A stretch of DNA of 64,000 bases, from NCBI GenBank assembly GCA_049970495.1, contig JBMFMV010000001.1, forward strand, positions 2,604 through 66,603, given 5' to 3'. Below are positions 63,826-64,000 of this stretch, in pieces (the stretch's first letter is position 1; each line of letters opens with the position of its first letter). The DNA comes from a bacterium (GTDB taxonomy: Bacteria > DUMJ01). The position numbers and the translations under genes were made by a program. The notes beneath the pieces were generated by a model. It saw nothing but the letters and a program-made list of their open reading frames with translations, had not been told where the DNA came from and did no database searches.

Positions 63826-64000
63826 TGAAGTTTTACGTAAAAAGGTTGTCTGTAGCTCTTTTAATGCTTATCTTCCTATTTTCTCTCCAGAGCACTGCAA
63901 TCTCAGCTGTTCCAAGGGTGAAGTATGTTATAGTTATGATTGCTGATGGGGCTGGGATGGCCCATTTAGGTGCAGCACATTACTTTAATAGACTTCTACT
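63826..64000 (+). CDS. Secreted alkaline-phosphatase-family protein. Only the N-terminus is in the window; the gene continues beyond the window end.
   Basis: A GGAGGTG RBS lies 8 nt upstream. Signal peptide, then VKYVIVMIADGAGMA, which resembles the PhoA GDGMG region. Confidence 0.5.

Noticed and set aside
1-64000. CRISPR arrays, rRNA genes, integrase or prophage blocks
   Set aside because: No regularly spaced direct repeats, rRNA-like sequence or phage structural genes were seen anywhere in the window.

Overview
The window is a 64 kb stretch of low-GC bacterial chromosome. The proteins are rich in Lys, Glu and Ile, which fits a thermophile, possibly Dictyoglomus-like; this is inference only. 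Most of it is core housekeeping, with the main blocks in order:

- Minus strand, 1-3387: an Opp/Dpp-type ABC importer module made of a family-5 substrate-binding protein, a permease B and a partial permease C.
- About 3432-5122: an IS5/IS1182-superfamily insertion sequence. Its transposase frame is interrupted by a single in-frame TAG.
- 5295-9800: a cytoplasmic GH28 polygalacturonase followed by a glycyl-radical enzyme and its radical-SAM activase.
- 9863-15614: RlmI, an MFS transporter, tRNA-Ser(UGA), an Old Yellow Enzyme flavoprotein, a PP-loop ATPase frameshifted at an A8/T8 tract and translationally coupled to DivIVA, and PyrE.
- 15872-24042: an orphan RnfC-like protein, a polyprenyl synthase, tRNA-Ala(GGC), and a leu-type cluster (short isopropylmalate/homocitrate-synthase-family gene, leuC, leuD, leuB) with an appended 548-aa unknown gene.
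- 24431-26260: a three-gene minus-strand module of a KaiC-like RecA-superfamily ATPase, a small HTH protein and a type IV pilin.
- 26387-32647: a DeoR regulator, a DUF2207 membrane protein with a poly-Gly tail, and a divergent GH3/GH4 pair.
- Minus strand, 32670-41070: a tightly packed operon of uvrB, uvrA, uvrC, ogt, a DUF360 membrane protein, pyrF and a NUDIX hydrolase.
- Plus strand, 41182-62564: thuA, a fucose-isomerase-like gene, greA, lysS, radA, disA, ispD, ispF, gltX, cysS, rlmB, sugar isomerase and oxidoreductase genes, leuS, comEA, comEC and holA.
- Window end: rpsT, a 5'-truncated remnant of a second family-5 substrate-binding protein, and the start of an alkaline-phosphatase-like gene.

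The items most worth follow-up are the unassigned glycyl-radical enzyme pair beside pectin-degrading genes, the KaiC-like/HTH/pilin module, the amber-interrupted transposase, the homopolymer frameshift in the PP-loop gene, and a repeat-rich 310-bp non-coding island at 24067-24380. No CRISPR array and no rRNA gene were seen.
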